A DNA stretch of 54,354 nt from Ferroacidibacillus organovorans (GTDB lineage Bacteria; Bacillota; Bacilli; Alicyclobacillales; SLC66): assembly GCF_001642725.1 (NCBI RefSeq), contig NZ_LSUQ01000014.1, forward strand, positions 1 through 54,354, given 5' to 3'. Below are positions 20,614-30,471 of this stretch, one piece after another; within the stretch, counting starts at the first letter, position 1; each line of letters begins with the position of its first letter. A program made the position numbers and the translations under genes. A model generated the notes under the pieces. That model had not been told where the DNA came from. It ran no database searches and saw nothing but the letters and a program-made list of their open reading frames with translations.

Positions 20614-21562
20614 GCTGTGCGCTCCTTTCCCCAAACGCTGTTGCGGGCAATATACCATCATAGTGATCTTTGTCTGACATCGGCTGAATCCGCAGTGCGA
20701 TGACCAGCGGCATGAGCGACATGTTGCCCTGGCGCGCCTGATACGTCACATCGGTCGGCCGAAACGCCAGGAGCATCCCTTGCTCTGCGCCAATGCCGCG
20801 ATAAGGCACCATCGTGAAATGCATGTTGCCTTCTCCTAACCCGATCGGCGCTTTGTAGAGTGCTTTGACAGGATCCTCCCCGCGCGCCACCACCTCACAA
20901 AGCCATGGGGGCAAGAGGCTCTTTATGCTCTGCGCTGTGACGACGGCAACAGGCGCATGCGTGATTGGATCGATCAAGGCGTTACCTGTATCGACAAGAC
21001 AAAGCGCTTCAACCGACTCTTCATGTACGGTGATGGTCACGCGCACCGTCTCGCGATTCATCTGCTGTCGCCGTTTTACCGTCGATGTTGCATAGCGCAC
21101 ACTAAAGAGTACGATTGGGGCAAGCGCCACCGTGAGCCAAGCCGGAATGCTAGTCCACCAGGCAATGCGGCCACGCACGAGTTCAAGCCCAGGCATTACG
21201 CTTGTCTTACCAAAAAAACTGTAGCTTCCATACACGGCGCCAGCCAGACAGAACGCTGTGAGATAAAAAACGGCGAGCGTTCGCGCGAGTGACCCCCCAT
21301 AGCGAAGCCGCCCTAATTGAAAGGAGCCGCGCGGTTGCAAAAAGGCGAGAAACAATACAGAAAATACGGTTTTGCACCACGCTGCGTTTAGCTCTGTACC
21401 CCACGGAAAGAGCGACAAAACTGAGTAGAGCGAACCGAGACTCGCCGCCAATCCTATCCTGCTTGGTCGCGCACGCAATCTCAAGAGATATGACGTCAAC
21501 CAAAGAAGCATCGAATCAACCAACAAATTCACGAGGAAGGTGAGATCGAGATAGACAACCAC
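20552..21562 (-). CDS. spoIIGA: Sigma-E processing peptidase SpoIIGA
   Basis: VYLD...N N-terminus, several TM segments, [10 protein letters not shown] aspartic protease motif; upstream of sigE. Confidence 0.93.
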   Translation of the reverse strand: MVVYLDLTFLVNLLVDSMLLWLTSYLLRLRARPSRIGLAASLGSLYSVLSLFPWGTELNAAWCKTVFSVLFLAFLQPRGSFQLGRLRYGGSLARTLAVFYLTAFCLAGAVYGSYSFFGKTSVMPGLELVRGRIAWWTSIPAWLTVALAPIVLFSVRYATSTVKRRQQMNRETVRVTITVHEESVEALCLVDTGNALIDPITHAPVAVVTAQSIKSLLPPWLCEVVARGEDPVKALYKAPIGLGEGNMHFTMVPYRGIGAEQGMLLAFRPTDVTYQARQGNMSLMPLVIALRIQPMSDKDHYDGILPATAFGERSAQHEHSHPRPNADAPLRPSHPA

Positions 21563-21591
21563 TAGCGCACCTCCCTCGGGAATGTGCCCAA

Positions 21592-21659
21592 AGTATAGTA
21601 CATATGTATTGCAAAGGTTGTCGATTTAGCCCGCTTGCAAGAGGATTTTTCCTGTCGAA
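21592..21659 (-). promoter_or_regulatory. Spo0A-activated spoIIG promoter with 0A boxes
   Basis: Minus strand TCGACA-21 nt-TATACT, an over-long spacer as in PspoIIG. 0A boxes TGTCGAT (21619-21625, over the -35) and TGTCGAA (21653-21659). Confidence 0.75.
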
Positions 21660-21729
21660 AACCCGCGATAAACACGGATGTCCCCAAAGCGCCGCGCTTT
21701 CTGCACTTAAACGTGAGGGGTGGGATCAG

Positions 21730-21810
21730 ATGGTTCTTTGGCTTCGCATCGTGCGGGACATCGCGGCCCTCATCCTCGCCTTCGCGGATCGCCTTTTGCT
21801 GCGAAGGTAA
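21730..21810 (+). CDS. Putative 26-aa hydrophobic peptide (type I toxin-like)
   Basis: SD GAGGGG(T) then ATG; MVLWLRIVRDIAALILAFADRLLLRR*; followed by terminator-like hairpins. Confidence 0.5.
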   Translation: MVLWLRIVRDIAALILAFADRLLLRR

Positions 21811-21813
21811 CGC

Positions 21814-21841
21814 AAAAAACCGTCAAGGTTCACCTTGACGG
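21814..21841 (-). terminator. Intrinsic terminator for minus-strand transcript (ftsZ and/or antisense RNA)
   Basis: CCGTCAAGG-ttca-CCTTGACGG perfect 9-bp stem, with T6 on the minus strand. Confidence 0.85.
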
Positions 21842-21879
21842 CGTGAGGACCTCCCTGCGGGGTCCTCCTTTTCACATCG

Positions 21880-21902
21880 CACGTGATCGCATCACGTGTT
21901 TT
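21880..21902 (+). terminator. Candidate plus-strand terminator
   Basis: CACGTGAT-cgc-ATCACGTG followed by TTTT. Confidence 0.5.
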
Positions 21903-21920
21903 CAAACCTCAGGGGAAAGA

Positions 21921-22997
21921 TCAAACGCGGCCCGAAGGGCGATTACGCAAAAATGCAGGAATTTCCAAGTTATCTGTTCCAGATACAGTAGCAGGGCGCG
22001 GATCAACACGCTGCGCAATCGGTCGCGGTGTAGACGTCCCCGCCCGGTGCTCAAAACCAGTCGCGATTACCGTGACAATGAGTTCGTCTTTTAGTTCCGG
22101 TTTGATCACCGCACCAAAGATAAAGTTCACTTCCGGATCTGCCGCCTCTGCGACAATATTTGCCGCCTCGTTAACTTCAAACAAGCTGAGGTTCTCGCCA
22201 CCCGCGACATGAATCAATACGCCGCGCGCACCATCGATCGGCGTATCGAGAAGGGGGCTGCGGATCGCCTTTTGCGCAGCTTCTGCCGCACGCTTTTCGC
22301 CACTCGCGACGCCAATCCCCATAAGCGCTGACCCGCGCTCCGTCATGATCGCCTTCACGTCTGCAAAGTCGACGTTGATCAGTCCCGTTTCTGCGATCAA
22401 GTCAGAAATGCCGGATACGCCTTGACGAAGCACATTGTCCGCTTCGCGAAACGCCTCAAGCATCGGTGTATTCTTCTCGACAATCTCAAGTAATCGATCG
22501 TTCGGGATGACAATCAGCGTATCCACTTTTTCTTTGAGCGCGGTGATGCCGCTCTCTGCCTGGTTAAGGCGGCGTCTTCCCTCAAAGGTAAACGGTTTTG
22601 TAACGACACCAACCGTTAGAGCGCCGAGTTCCTTTGCAATTTCGGCAACGACCGGCGCGGCGCCCGTTCCGGTGCCGCCCCCCATTCCAGCCGTGACAAA
22701 CACCATATCGGCGCCTTTTAGCGCCATCATGATCTGCTCGCGACTCTCTTCTGCCGCGCGTTTTCCGATATCTGGATTCGCGCCCGCACCCAAACCGCGC
22801 GTCAATTTTTCGCCAATCTGAATTCGTTCGCGCGCTTTAGAGAGATGTAACGCCTGCGCATCCGTATTGACCGTGATAAAATCGACGCCTTGAATGCCGC
22901 CTTCAATCATACGGTTCACTGCGTTGCATCCGCCGCCGCCGACACCAATCACTTTGATGTGTGCGAGCGAATCCATTTCATAATCAAACTCGAGCAT
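21921..22997 (-). CDS. ftsZ: Cell division protein FtsZ
   Basis: [19 protein letters not shown] and C-terminal LEIPAFLR. Confidence 0.99.
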   Translation of the reverse strand: MLEFDYEMDSLAHIKVIGVGGGGCNAVNRMIEGGIQGVDFITVNTDAQALHLSKARERIQIGEKLTRGLGAGANPDIGKRAAEESREQIMMALKGADMVFVTAGMGGGTGTGAAPVVAEIAKELGALTVGVVTKPFTFEGRRRLNQAESGITALKEKVDTLIVIPNDRLLEIVEKNTPMLEAFREADNVLRQGVSGISDLIAETGLINVDFADVKAIMTERGSALMGIGVASGEKRAAEAAQKAIRSPLLDTPIDGARGVLIHVAGGENLSLFEVNEAANIVAEAADPEVNFIFGAVIKPELKDELIVTVIATGFEHRAGTSTPRPIAQRVDPRPATVSGTDNLEIPAFLRNRPSGRV

Positions 22998-23030
22998 TTC
23001 ATGTCCTCCTTGACGAAATCGACGCTACAA

Positions 23031-24254
23031 TCAAATAAAATCCTGAAGCCAATTTTTTAGGCGTGAAAATGCCGATCCTGACGATTTGCGTTTGATACTA
23101 GAGGATGCGGCAACCATTTGTTTGCCAAACATGCGCGAAACGTACTGCACCATACTGACACAGCTCACATAGGACGGATCGCGAACACCGACAAAGTCAG
23201 GAACTGCGATGCGCACTTGCGCATCCAATTCTTTTGCCGCCAAGCGATCAGCCCCGCGCAAAAGCATCCCACCGCCAGTCAATACATAACCGCCTGGCAA
23301 CCCTTTTGGGTAGCCTTGGCGTTCCAATTCAAGTTTTACCAGCGCATAAATCTCTTGCATGCGAGATTCGATAATATATTCGAGCTTTTGTACCGTAAAT
23401 TCTTGCTCTTCCTGACTACCTATTCGATGCGCCTTAAACTTTTCCTCTTCTTTCACAAGAGAAATATCGGCGATTCCGTAGCGCAGTTTGACCATCTCCG
23501 CCGTGTCATACCCGAGTTCCAGTCCGACAGAGATGTCATTCGTGACACTGTCGCTGCCAATCGGGATGATCGCGTACCGCTCAAGGAGTCCATTTTCAAA
23601 AACGGACACGGTCGTCGAGCCTGCGCCCACATCGACAAGCGTAACGCCAAGACGGCGCTCATCCGGCGATAAGATCATTCCAGCCGCCGCAAGCGGTGTG
23701 AACACCGTCCCCGCCACTTCCAGTCCCGCGCGCTCGACACAGCGCAGCAGGTTATGAAGCACCGTGCGCGAACCGGTCACCACATAAACGTCAACTTCAA
23801 GTCGAACGCCAATCATGCCGCGCGGATCAGAAACTTCGGAAAGGCCATCCACCGTGTATTCGCGCGGTACCACATCGACAATCTCACGATCAGGCGGAAG
23901 GTTGATCACGCGCGTCGCCGCGATGACGCGCTCTACATCTTCGTCGCCAATTTCCCGATCTTCCGATGAGACGGCGACAATTCCGTGACTCGGTTGCAAT
24001 GCGATGTGATTCCCAGACACGGAAATATAAGCCGATTGAATATCAATGCCCACCATTCGCTCTGCGTGATTCACTGCCTCACGAATCGCGACAACTGTTT
24101 TATCGATATCAACAATCGCACCTTTTTTAATTCCGTCACTTTTGGCAGTTCCCACACCAATGACACTAATCCCTGAATGTTCGACTTCCCCAATGATCGC
24201 CCGGATAATTGACGTGCCAATATCCAAGCCAACGATAATATCTCCTTTGGTCAA
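23031..24254 (-). CDS. ftsA: Cell division protein FtsA
   Basis: GLDIGTS, GMIGVRLE, DVGAGST and LTGGG motifs. TTG start at 24254 with SD AAGGGAG. Confidence 0.97.
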   Translation of the reverse strand: MTKGDIIVGLDIGTSIIRAIIGEVEHSGISVIGVGTAKSDGIKKGAIVDIDKTVVAIREAVNHAERMVGIDIQSAYISVSGNHIALQPSHGIVAVSSEDREIGDEDVERVIAATRVINLPPDREIVDVVPREYTVDGLSEVSDPRGMIGVRLEVDVYVVTGSRTVLHNLLRCVERAGLEVAGTVFTPLAAAGMILSPDERRLGVTLVDVGAGSTTVSVFENGLLERYAIIPIGSDSVTNDISVGLELGYDTAEMVKLRYGIADISLVKEEEKFKAHRIGSQEEQEFTVQKLEYIIESRMQEIYALVKLELERQGYPKGLPGGYVLTGGGMLLRGADRLAAKELDAQVRIAVPDFVGVRDPSYVSCVSMVQYVSRMFGKQMVAASSSIKRKSSGSAFSRLKNWLQDFI

Positions 24255-24289
24255 GGAGCGGCACTCCCTTCTGTTGCACACCCGTTGCT

Positions 24290-24316
24290 ATTCTAACAAA
24301 ATCGTAATTATTCCCG
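24290..24316 (-). promoter_or_regulatory. Candidate ftsAZ promoter (sigmaH-like, overlapping an extended -10)
   Basis: GGGAATA...GAAT at sigmaH-like spacing; also TGnTAGAAT. Confidence 0.5.
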
Positions 24317-24336
24317 AATATCTTAGCATGAAAAGA

Positions 24337-24693
24337 CTAGTTTGGGGATGCAATTTTTGTTTTTCCTAAGATTTGGTGACGAATCGCGGCAAGATTGTTA
24401 AAGATCCTCACGCCAAACGCGACAACCGCGGCGAGCGCGAGATCAAGACCGAGGTAAGAACCGACAAAAGCGAGCGCGGCGGAAAGCACTGCATTAAAGA
24501 AAAATCCAGTCAAAAAGACACGCGCGTCAAATTGTCGGAGTAGAGACGATTTGATGCCGCCAAAAACGGTATCGACCGCGGCGAGAATCGCAACGGAAAG
24601 ATAGGATGCATACTGCAAAGAAAGATGAATCGGAATGGCCAACCCAAGCGCAATTCCGACAAGCAATCCGACAAGTGGCAATGTACGCCTCAT
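24337..24693 (-). CDS. sbp: Small basic protein (DUF1290)
   Basis: YLSVAILAAVDTVFGG, GFFFN and FGVRIFNNLA; synteny upstream of ftsA. Confidence 0.9.
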   Translation of the reverse strand: MRRTLPLVGLLVGIALGLAIPIHLSLQYASYLSVAILAAVDTVFGGIKSSLLRQFDARVFLTGFFFNAVLSAALAFVGSYLGLDLALAAVVAFGVRIFNNLAAIRHQILGKTKIASPN

Positions 24694-25430
24694 GCGTTTA
24701 ATGACTCCTTTGCGTATGCACCTGGGAGTGGACCCGTGTACGCGGGCAACGTGAGGAGATGCGGTGCGCGAAACAGCGTGACGCGAAACGCTTGATCAAG
24801 AATGCGAAACTGGTCGGCAAATCCTTCTGCAGAGAGCACACTTGCTAACTGCGTCGGGTTACCTGCAGCCTGAATCACATAAGGCGCGTCAACCGGTTGC
24901 TCATTGATTTGAACGGCTGACGAAAATGGCCCTTGCGCCGCGTTCAGCCCCATCACCGAGCGGATGCTCGACGTGGTTACCAGGCGCTGTCCGTTGATCG
25001 CAATCGCTTGCGCGCCTGCCGATTCAAGAATGTTCACAACCATGCGCAACTGGGTCGCCTCGTCGACAAAGCGCAAACCTGGAATCACAGGAAGGTTCGG
25101 ATCATAGGCAATTTGAATCGCTATGCCTGATCCCACCCACGACGTCAACCCAGACTGTTTCTCAACGCTTCTTAATTCGCTTTGCAGCTTCAAATATCCT
25201 TTCGCGGTATGCTCCGATGCGTCTTCCAATGTTTTCAATTGCGCGCGCGCCGCCGCGAGTTGCCGAGATACGATCGGCGTTCGTTGGATCGCTTGGGAGA
25301 GCGCATCTGTCGCGTTTAGATAGCTGCTGTAAGCGATCGCTGGACTCGTTCGGTTCATGTGAAATTCAAGTCCAATCATCACGCCGAGCAGGACTGCGAC
25401 GCCTGTCACGGAATACCTTTGAAACGGCAT
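24690..25430 (-). CDS. DUF881-family protein (YlxX-like)
   Basis: N-terminal TM, coiled coil, GAQAIAINGQRLVTTSSIR and PYVIQAAG. Confidence 0.85.
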   Translation of the reverse strand: MPFQRYSVTGVAVLLGVMIGLEFHMNRTSPAIAYSSYLNATDALSQAIQRTPIVSRQLAAARAQLKTLEDASEHTAKGYLKLQSELRSVEKQSGLTSWVGSGIAIQIAYDPNLPVIPGLRFVDEATQLRMVVNILESAGAQAIAINGQRLVTTSSIRSVMGLNAAQGPFSSAVQINEQPVDAPYVIQAAGNPTQLASVLSAEGFADQFRILDQAFRVTLFRAPHLLTLPAYTGPLPGAYAKESLNA

Positions 25431-26125
25431 CAGCCCACCCCTCCCGCAGCCAGGATCTGCACATCGCTGTGGGCGACCGGCTTTGACACCTGTAACCCGC
25501 GATTCGCCGCACGCAATGCGTCGAGCACCCCACCGGGTAGATTAAGCGCATCCGTCAAGAGCGTTTTGTTGCCAATCGCGCGAATGACAAATGGCGGTCC
25601 GAGTTTTGCACTGCCGACGCGGATCAGCGGCCCGATGCAAAAGATCCCCGTCTGCATCGTGATTCGCACTTGATTGATCGAGACGGCGTCCGCCCCTGCG
25701 AGGAATAGTTCATTGACTACAGACCGCAAATCCCAGTCGTGCGTCAAAAACTGTTCATAGGCAAAGCCTGTCAGATGCCCGTCGCGAATTGTCAGGGTCA
25801 CTCCGGGTCCGTGCACGTTCGTCGAACCGTTCAAGAGCGCAGCCGAACGCATGAGGAGCAGCGCTTGCGAGGAAGCCCCCCCCTCTTGAATCATTTGCGA
25901 TTCCAGTTTATTGATTTTTTGCTCTGTCACGCGCGTCTGTTCAAGAAGCCGATGATTCTCAGCATCCACCGCATCAAGTCGCGATACTGCCCCTGATATA
26001 TCAGGCATCGTCGAAAAAAGGGCGGCGCCGCCAAGGGTTACGTCGCGATATTGAACGGCGAGCATCATTCCGAGCACAGAGAGCACGACCGTAAACGCCG
26101 CAATCTGGCGAGACGCTGATTCCAT
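25430..26125 (-). CDS. DUF881-family protein (YlxW-like)
   Basis: GPGVTLTIRD, HDWDLRSVVNELFLAGADAVSIN and PPFVIRAIG. ATG at 26125 with SD GAGGTG. Confidence 0.87.
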   Translation of the reverse strand: MESASRQIAAFTVVLSVLGMMLAVQYRDVTLGGAALFSTMPDISGAVSRLDAVDAENHRLLEQTRVTEQKINKLESQMIQEGGASSQALLLMRSAALLNGSTNVHGPGVTLTIRDGHLTGFAYEQFLTHDWDLRSVVNELFLAGADAVSINQVRITMQTGIFCIGPLIRVGSAKLGPPFVIRAIGNKTLLTDALNLPGGVLDALRAANRGLQVSKPVAHSDVQILAAGGVG

Positions 26126-26154
26126 TGCTTCAAACACCTCACCACGAGCAAAAA

Positions 26155-26991
26155 TCAATATGGTTTATATACGCCTTCTTGACTTGAGATCAGATCGACA
26201 AGACCAGGTGCCACTCTTGAACTGAGCAGCTTCGCGTGAATCGCTTCGAACATTTGCAGCGCTACTGCCAGGCGGTCGATCGGGAGAAGGACCTCAAAGC
26301 GATCCTTGGTATACCCGACAATCGCCAGCTTTCCTTGATACGGCTCGACGTTAAACTCAGAAAAAGGCGAGATCAACCCCGCAGGAACGTTCCCAATCGT
26401 GTGACAGAGCGCGAGCAGACCGGGATTTGTCACGCGCGTCCCAGGACTGACACTGAGGTTCCCTGTCACCGAGAGAATCGGAGCATTCGCGCCAATTCCC
26501 GTTGGATCCTGTGTTAATACCGTACCGTCTGAGAGGATCTGATAGAACGAGTGATTCGCGTCAAGGATGCCAACGAGACGCTTTTGCGTGATCGTCACGC
26601 GCACTGTCTGTGTCACAAAGCTGCGTGTCACATCGACCGACTGCACAATCGGAAAATCAGACAAAATCCGGTGCTCCGCCGCTGTGGCAGAGATTTGCCA
26701 CAGGTTGTCCCCCACTTGAATGCCAAGATCGCGCGCGACAAGGGAAGCAGGAACATCGATTGTTCCGTTAATCTGTATCGACTTGACGACCGAAAGTGGA
26801 GATTTTAAGTAGGTGACAACCGCAGCAGATAAAAGGAATAGAAAAATAAAGAAGAGATAAAAAAACCTATGGCTCCGTTTCGGAGACGCCACCTCGACTG
26901 CCAACGCGTACTCCATCTCCCTTGATCTCATCCATTTAGCGTGCGGTGTGGCGTGTGCCGCGCCTCTCCTCTCGGATGTGGTGCGCGACAC
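26155..26991 (-). CDS. divIB: Cell division protein DivIB/FtsQ (start uncertain; could be 26916 or 26904)
   Basis: Single TM then YLKSPLSVVKSIQING POTRA domain; dcw position. Confidence 0.85.
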   Translation of the reverse strand: MSRTTSERRGAAHATPHAKWMRSREMEYALAVEVASPKRSHRFFYLFFIFLFLLSAAVVTYLKSPLSVVKSIQINGTIDVPASLVARDLGIQVGDNLWQISATAAEHRILSDFPIVQSVDVTRSFVTQTVRVTITQKRLVGILDANHSFYQILSDGTVLTQDPTGIGANAPILSVTGNLSVSPGTRVTNPGLLALCHTIGNVPAGLISPFSEFNVEPYQGKLAIVGYTKDRFEVLLPIDRLAVALQMFEAIHAKLLSSRVAPGLVDLISSQEGVYKPY

Positions 26992-27012
26992 ACGCTCGTG
27001 ACTGTCACCGCG

Positions 27013-28314
27013 TTACGCGTGTGCAGTAAGTCCCTGCGCCCGCCGTTCTGGTTCACGGACGCGAATGATCTCGGCCCCAAGCGCGCGCAACTGCAACTCG
27101 ATGCTCTCATATCCACGATCAATGTGAAAGACGCGGTCAATCACTGTACTTCCGCTTGCAGCGAGTCCTGCCACGACAAGCGCCGCGCCCGCCCGCAAGT
27201 CAGTCGCAGAGACAGGCGCACCTGACAACTCTTTGACACCGCGCACAAACGCTGTGCGCAGATCCACCTTGATTGACGCACCCATGCGCAGCAGTTCGGG
27301 CACGTGTCGGAAGCGATCTTCAAAAACGGTCTCCGATACGATGCTCGTGCCTTTCGCCATGGAGAGAAGCGCCATCAACGGTGCCTGGAGATCTGTTGGA
27401 AACCCTGGGAAGGGCGCCGTTTGAACGCGGTCGATCGCCCGCAACTCGCTCGATTCTCTGACTTCCAGTATATCACGGGAAGCAGAAATCTGAACACCGG
27501 CTTCACGCAGTTTCATGATGACAGCCGTAGAGTCACTCGGGCGCACGTTCGTTAATACAACATGGCCACCTGTCACCGCACCGGCGATCAGGAGCGTCCC
27601 TGTGACGATTCGATCAGGTGACACGTCAAACTGTCCGCCGTGTAGCCTACGGACACCTTCGATGACAATCGTGTCATCTCCGGCACCGCTGATGCGTGCC
27701 CCAAGTGTTGTCAAAAATGCGGCGAGATCGCGAATTTCAGGCTCGCGCGCGGCATTCCCGATCACCGTCTCCCCTTCTGCAAGGCACGCGGCCATCATCA
27801 GGTTTTCCGTCGCGCCGACACTCGGAAAATCTAGAAAAATAGCGCCGCCGCGCAGACGATTTGCTCGACACTCAATATAACCGTGGCGATCAATGACCTC
27901 TGCACCCAATTGTTCGAGCCCTTTTAAATGAAAATCAATAGGCCGACTGCCAATGGAGCACCCCCCTGGTTTACTGATTCGCACCATACCAAAGCGGGCG
28001 AGCAGCGGGCCCATAAGAAAAATGCTCGACCGCATCTGACTCATCAGATGGTCAGGAATGACGGTGGTCTCAATGCTCGTCGGATCAATGTACACTTGAT
28101 GATCGACATAGCGCACTTTTGCGCCCACCGAGCGAAGAATATCGAGCATGACATGAATGTCTTCCAGATTGGGGACATCGCGAATGAGTGTCTCTTCATC
28201 CGCCATCGTCACTGCGGCGAGAATTGGCAATGCCGCATTTTTAGAACCATGCACACGAAGTGAGCCTGCTAAACGGCGTCCACCTTCGATCACTAAACGC
28301 TCCACATCGTTCAC
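27013..28314 (-). CDS. murA: UDP-N-acetylglucosamine 1-carboxyvinyltransferase
   Basis: GSKNAALP, PGGCSIGSRP (active-site Cys kept), SVGATEN, PGFPTDLQ and DLRAGA. Confidence 0.97.
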   Translation of the reverse strand: MNDVERLVIEGGRRLAGSLRVHGSKNAALPILAAVTMADEETLIRDVPNLEDIHVMLDILRSVGAKVRYVDHQVYIDPTSIETTVIPDHLMSQMRSSIFLMGPLLARFGMVRISKPGGCSIGSRPIDFHLKGLEQLGAEVIDRHGYIECRANRLRGGAIFLDFPSVGATENLMMAACLAEGETVIGNAAREPEIRDLAAFLTTLGARISGAGDDTIVIEGVRRLHGGQFDVSPDRIVTGTLLIAGAVTGGHVVLTNVRPSDSTAVIMKLREAGVQISASRDILEVRESSELRAIDRVQTAPFPGFPTDLQAPLMALLSMAKGTSIVSETVFEDRFRHVPELLRMGASIKVDLRTAFVRGVKELSGAPVSATDLRAGAALVVAGLAASGSTVIDRVFHIDRGYESIELQLRALGAEIIRVREPERRAQGLTAHA

Positions 28315-29234
28315 CCCTGCGTCTTCGCCTCACCGACAACACGCACCTCTGGGATGAGTTCCACGGCAAAGCGAGTTTGAATCGCTTCTTGCGCGCGCGA
28401 CATCAATTCCAGTACGTCCTCTGCCGTTGCTGCTCCTAAATTCACAATAAAATTCGCGTGTACATCAGAGATCATCGCATCCCCGACCCGCGTATTTTTG
28501 AGCCCTGCCGCCTCGATTAGACGCGCCGAGTAATCGCCCGGCGGATTGCGAAAAACACTTCCGCAGTTCGGTTGAGACAAAGGTTGCGTCAAACGTCGAC
28601 GCTGACTCCAAGCGCCCGTCCGCTCGCGCATTTCCATCACATCGCCTGCGCGCAGTGAGAAGGTGGCGCGCACGACCGTCCACGCATTTTCTGGCACCGC
28701 GCTGTGTCGGTAAGAGAACGCGAGATCCTGTGATGAGACATGTTTTAACGCTCCTTCGCGCGTCAAAACGAGCGCATCTTTCAAGACATCCTTGATTTCT
28801 CCGCCGTGCGCCCCCGCGTTCATCGTGACAGCGCCACCGACGGAGCCTGGAATTCCTGTTGCAAATTCCAATCCGGACAGACCCTCGCGCATGGATCGGT
28901 TCGCCGCCGAGACAATCGAGCGTCCCGCGAGCGCCGTCAGTGTTTGCCCCTCAATCCTAAGCTCTGAAAATGCATCGCCTAATTTGATGACAAGCCCGCG
29001 AATCCCTCCGTCGCGTATGAGCAGGTTACTCCCGCGCCCCAAAATAAAATAGGGGATTCCCGCGTCATAGGCGCACGCGATACACGCTTGCAGCGACTCA
29101 AGATCGCGCGGCGCGACGAGGACGTCTGCCGGTCCGCCAATCCGCCACGAGGTGTGCCGTTTTAAGGGTTCATCGATTCGCACATCGTCTGCCAGTGGCG
29201 CAAACAGAGCGTAGAGAGCTTGAGGATTCAACAC
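28311..29234 (-). CDS. murB: UDP-N-acetylenolpyruvoylglucosamine reductase
   Basis: IGGPAD, GRGSNLL, GIPGSVGGAVTMNAGA, GSVFRNP and HANFIVN. SD AAGGAG. Confidence 0.97.
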   Translation of the reverse strand: MLNPQALYALFAPLADDVRIDEPLKRHTSWRIGGPADVLVAPRDLESLQACIACAYDAGIPYFILGRGSNLLIRDGGIRGLVIKLGDAFSELRIEGQTLTALAGRSIVSAANRSMREGLSGLEFATGIPGSVGGAVTMNAGAHGGEIKDVLKDALVLTREGALKHVSSQDLAFSYRHSAVPENAWTVVRATFSLRAGDVMEMRERTGAWSQRRRLTQPLSQPNCGSVFRNPPGDYSARLIEAAGLKNTRVGDAMISDVHANFIVNLGAATAEDVLELMSRAQEAIQTRFAVELIPEVRVVGEAKTQG

Positions 29235-29291
29235 AAACGACTCCTTTTTTAGGAAACGCACCGATCAGGGGCAGGTCTTGTTCGGTAACCT

Positions 29292-29321
29292 ATCTTATGG
29301 CGATCCGCCCTCTCGCGTGAC
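29292..29321 (-). promoter_or_regulatory. Candidate mother-cell (sigmaE/sigmaK) promoter upstream of murB
   Basis: GTCAC-17 nt-CATAAGAT in the murG-murB spacer. Confidence 0.4.
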
Positions 29322-29327
29322 AATCGC

Positions 29328-30431
29328 CTACGCGAGCAAGCGTTCGATCTCATCGGCAATGCGCGTGAGAGCATCCGGTTTTCCCATGCGCTGGCTCGCC
29401 TTATGCATCCCTTCAAGGCGGATAGGATTCGCGAGCAGTGCGCTTAATTGGGTGGCAAGCATACCTTGCGCCAAACTCGCCTCAGAGAGCACGACGGCCG
29501 CGCCCTGCGCTTCCAGCGCCTGCGCATTATAGTCCTGATGGTGATGCGTCACATAGGGAGAAGGTATGAGTATCGCCGGAACACCGAGCGCGGTCAGCTC
29601 TGCAAGGATGGTCGCCCCCGCACGGCTAATCAAGACGGTCGTCGCCGAAAGCAGTGCCGGCATCTCATCCATGTAAGGAAGAATAAAGACATCTTTTTGC
29701 ACAGGCATCGTAGAGCGTCGCTGACAGATCGCTTCATAGTGCACCTGTCCTGTGATCCACACAATCTGTTCGCGATGAGCGCGCGGCTTTTCAAGCAGTT
29801 CAAACACCGCATCATTGATCGGCCGCGCGCCGCGGCTACCTCCGAGAATCGTGACAATCGGACGGCTGCGATCGAGCCCGAGCGTGCGACATACGCGCGC
29901 AATTTCATCTTCGCAGACAGCGAGAACTTCTGTCGCGCGTGGATTGCCGGTCACCACGACGCGTGGCGCCTTTTGGAAAAAAGCCTTTCCCGCCTCCATG
30001 CCGAGTAGTACAGTGTTTACAAACCGGCCTGAGAGGCGGTTTGAGAGACCTGCAAACGCGTCCAATTCAAGAACGGCTGAAGGAACGCCAAGCGTTCGCG
30101 CCGCAAGCAAAACCGGGAGTACCACATAGCCGCCTGTCCCGATGACTACATCGGGGCGAAACCGTTTCAAGATGCGTCGCGCTGAAAAAAAACTTGTTCC
30201 GGCGAGAAACATTGTCTTGAATGCGCGCGCGGAGACGCGTCGCTGCAAGCCCTCTACACGCAAAAAGGCACACGGAACGCCCGACTTTGGCGCGAGTTCG
30301 CGCTCCAGCCCGCGCTCTGTCCCTATGTATAACACTTCAGCCGAAGGATGGCGCTCTTTCATGCGTTTGATAATTGAGAACGCTGGATAGATATGCCCAC
30401 CTGTCCCTCCACCTGTTACGACAATGCGCAC
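29328..30431 (-). CDS. murG: Lipid I N-acetylglucosaminyltransferase MurG
   Basis: GGGTGGHIYP, GTGGYV, TGNP, GGSRGA and RAGAT...HQDYNA. GTG at 30431 with SD AGGAGG. Confidence 0.97.
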   Translation of the reverse strand: MRIVVTGGGTGGHIYPAFSIIKRMKERHPSAEVLYIGTERGLERELAPKSGVPCAFLRVEGLQRRVSARAFKTMFLAGTSFFSARRILKRFRPDVVIGTGGYVVLPVLLAARTLGVPSAVLELDAFAGLSNRLSGRFVNTVLLGMEAGKAFFQKAPRVVVTGNPRATEVLAVCEDEIARVCRTLGLDRSRPIVTILGGSRGARPINDAVFELLEKPRAHREQIVWITGQVHYEAICQRRSTMPVQKDVFILPYMDEMPALLSATTVLISRAGATILAELTALGVPAILIPSPYVTHHHQDYNAQALEAQGAAVVLSEASLAQGMLATQLSALLANPIRLEGMHKASQRMGKPDALTRIADEIERLLA

Positions 30432-30471
30432 GTTATCCCTCCTGAAGGTTCGCACGACGCAAAGATTTGCT

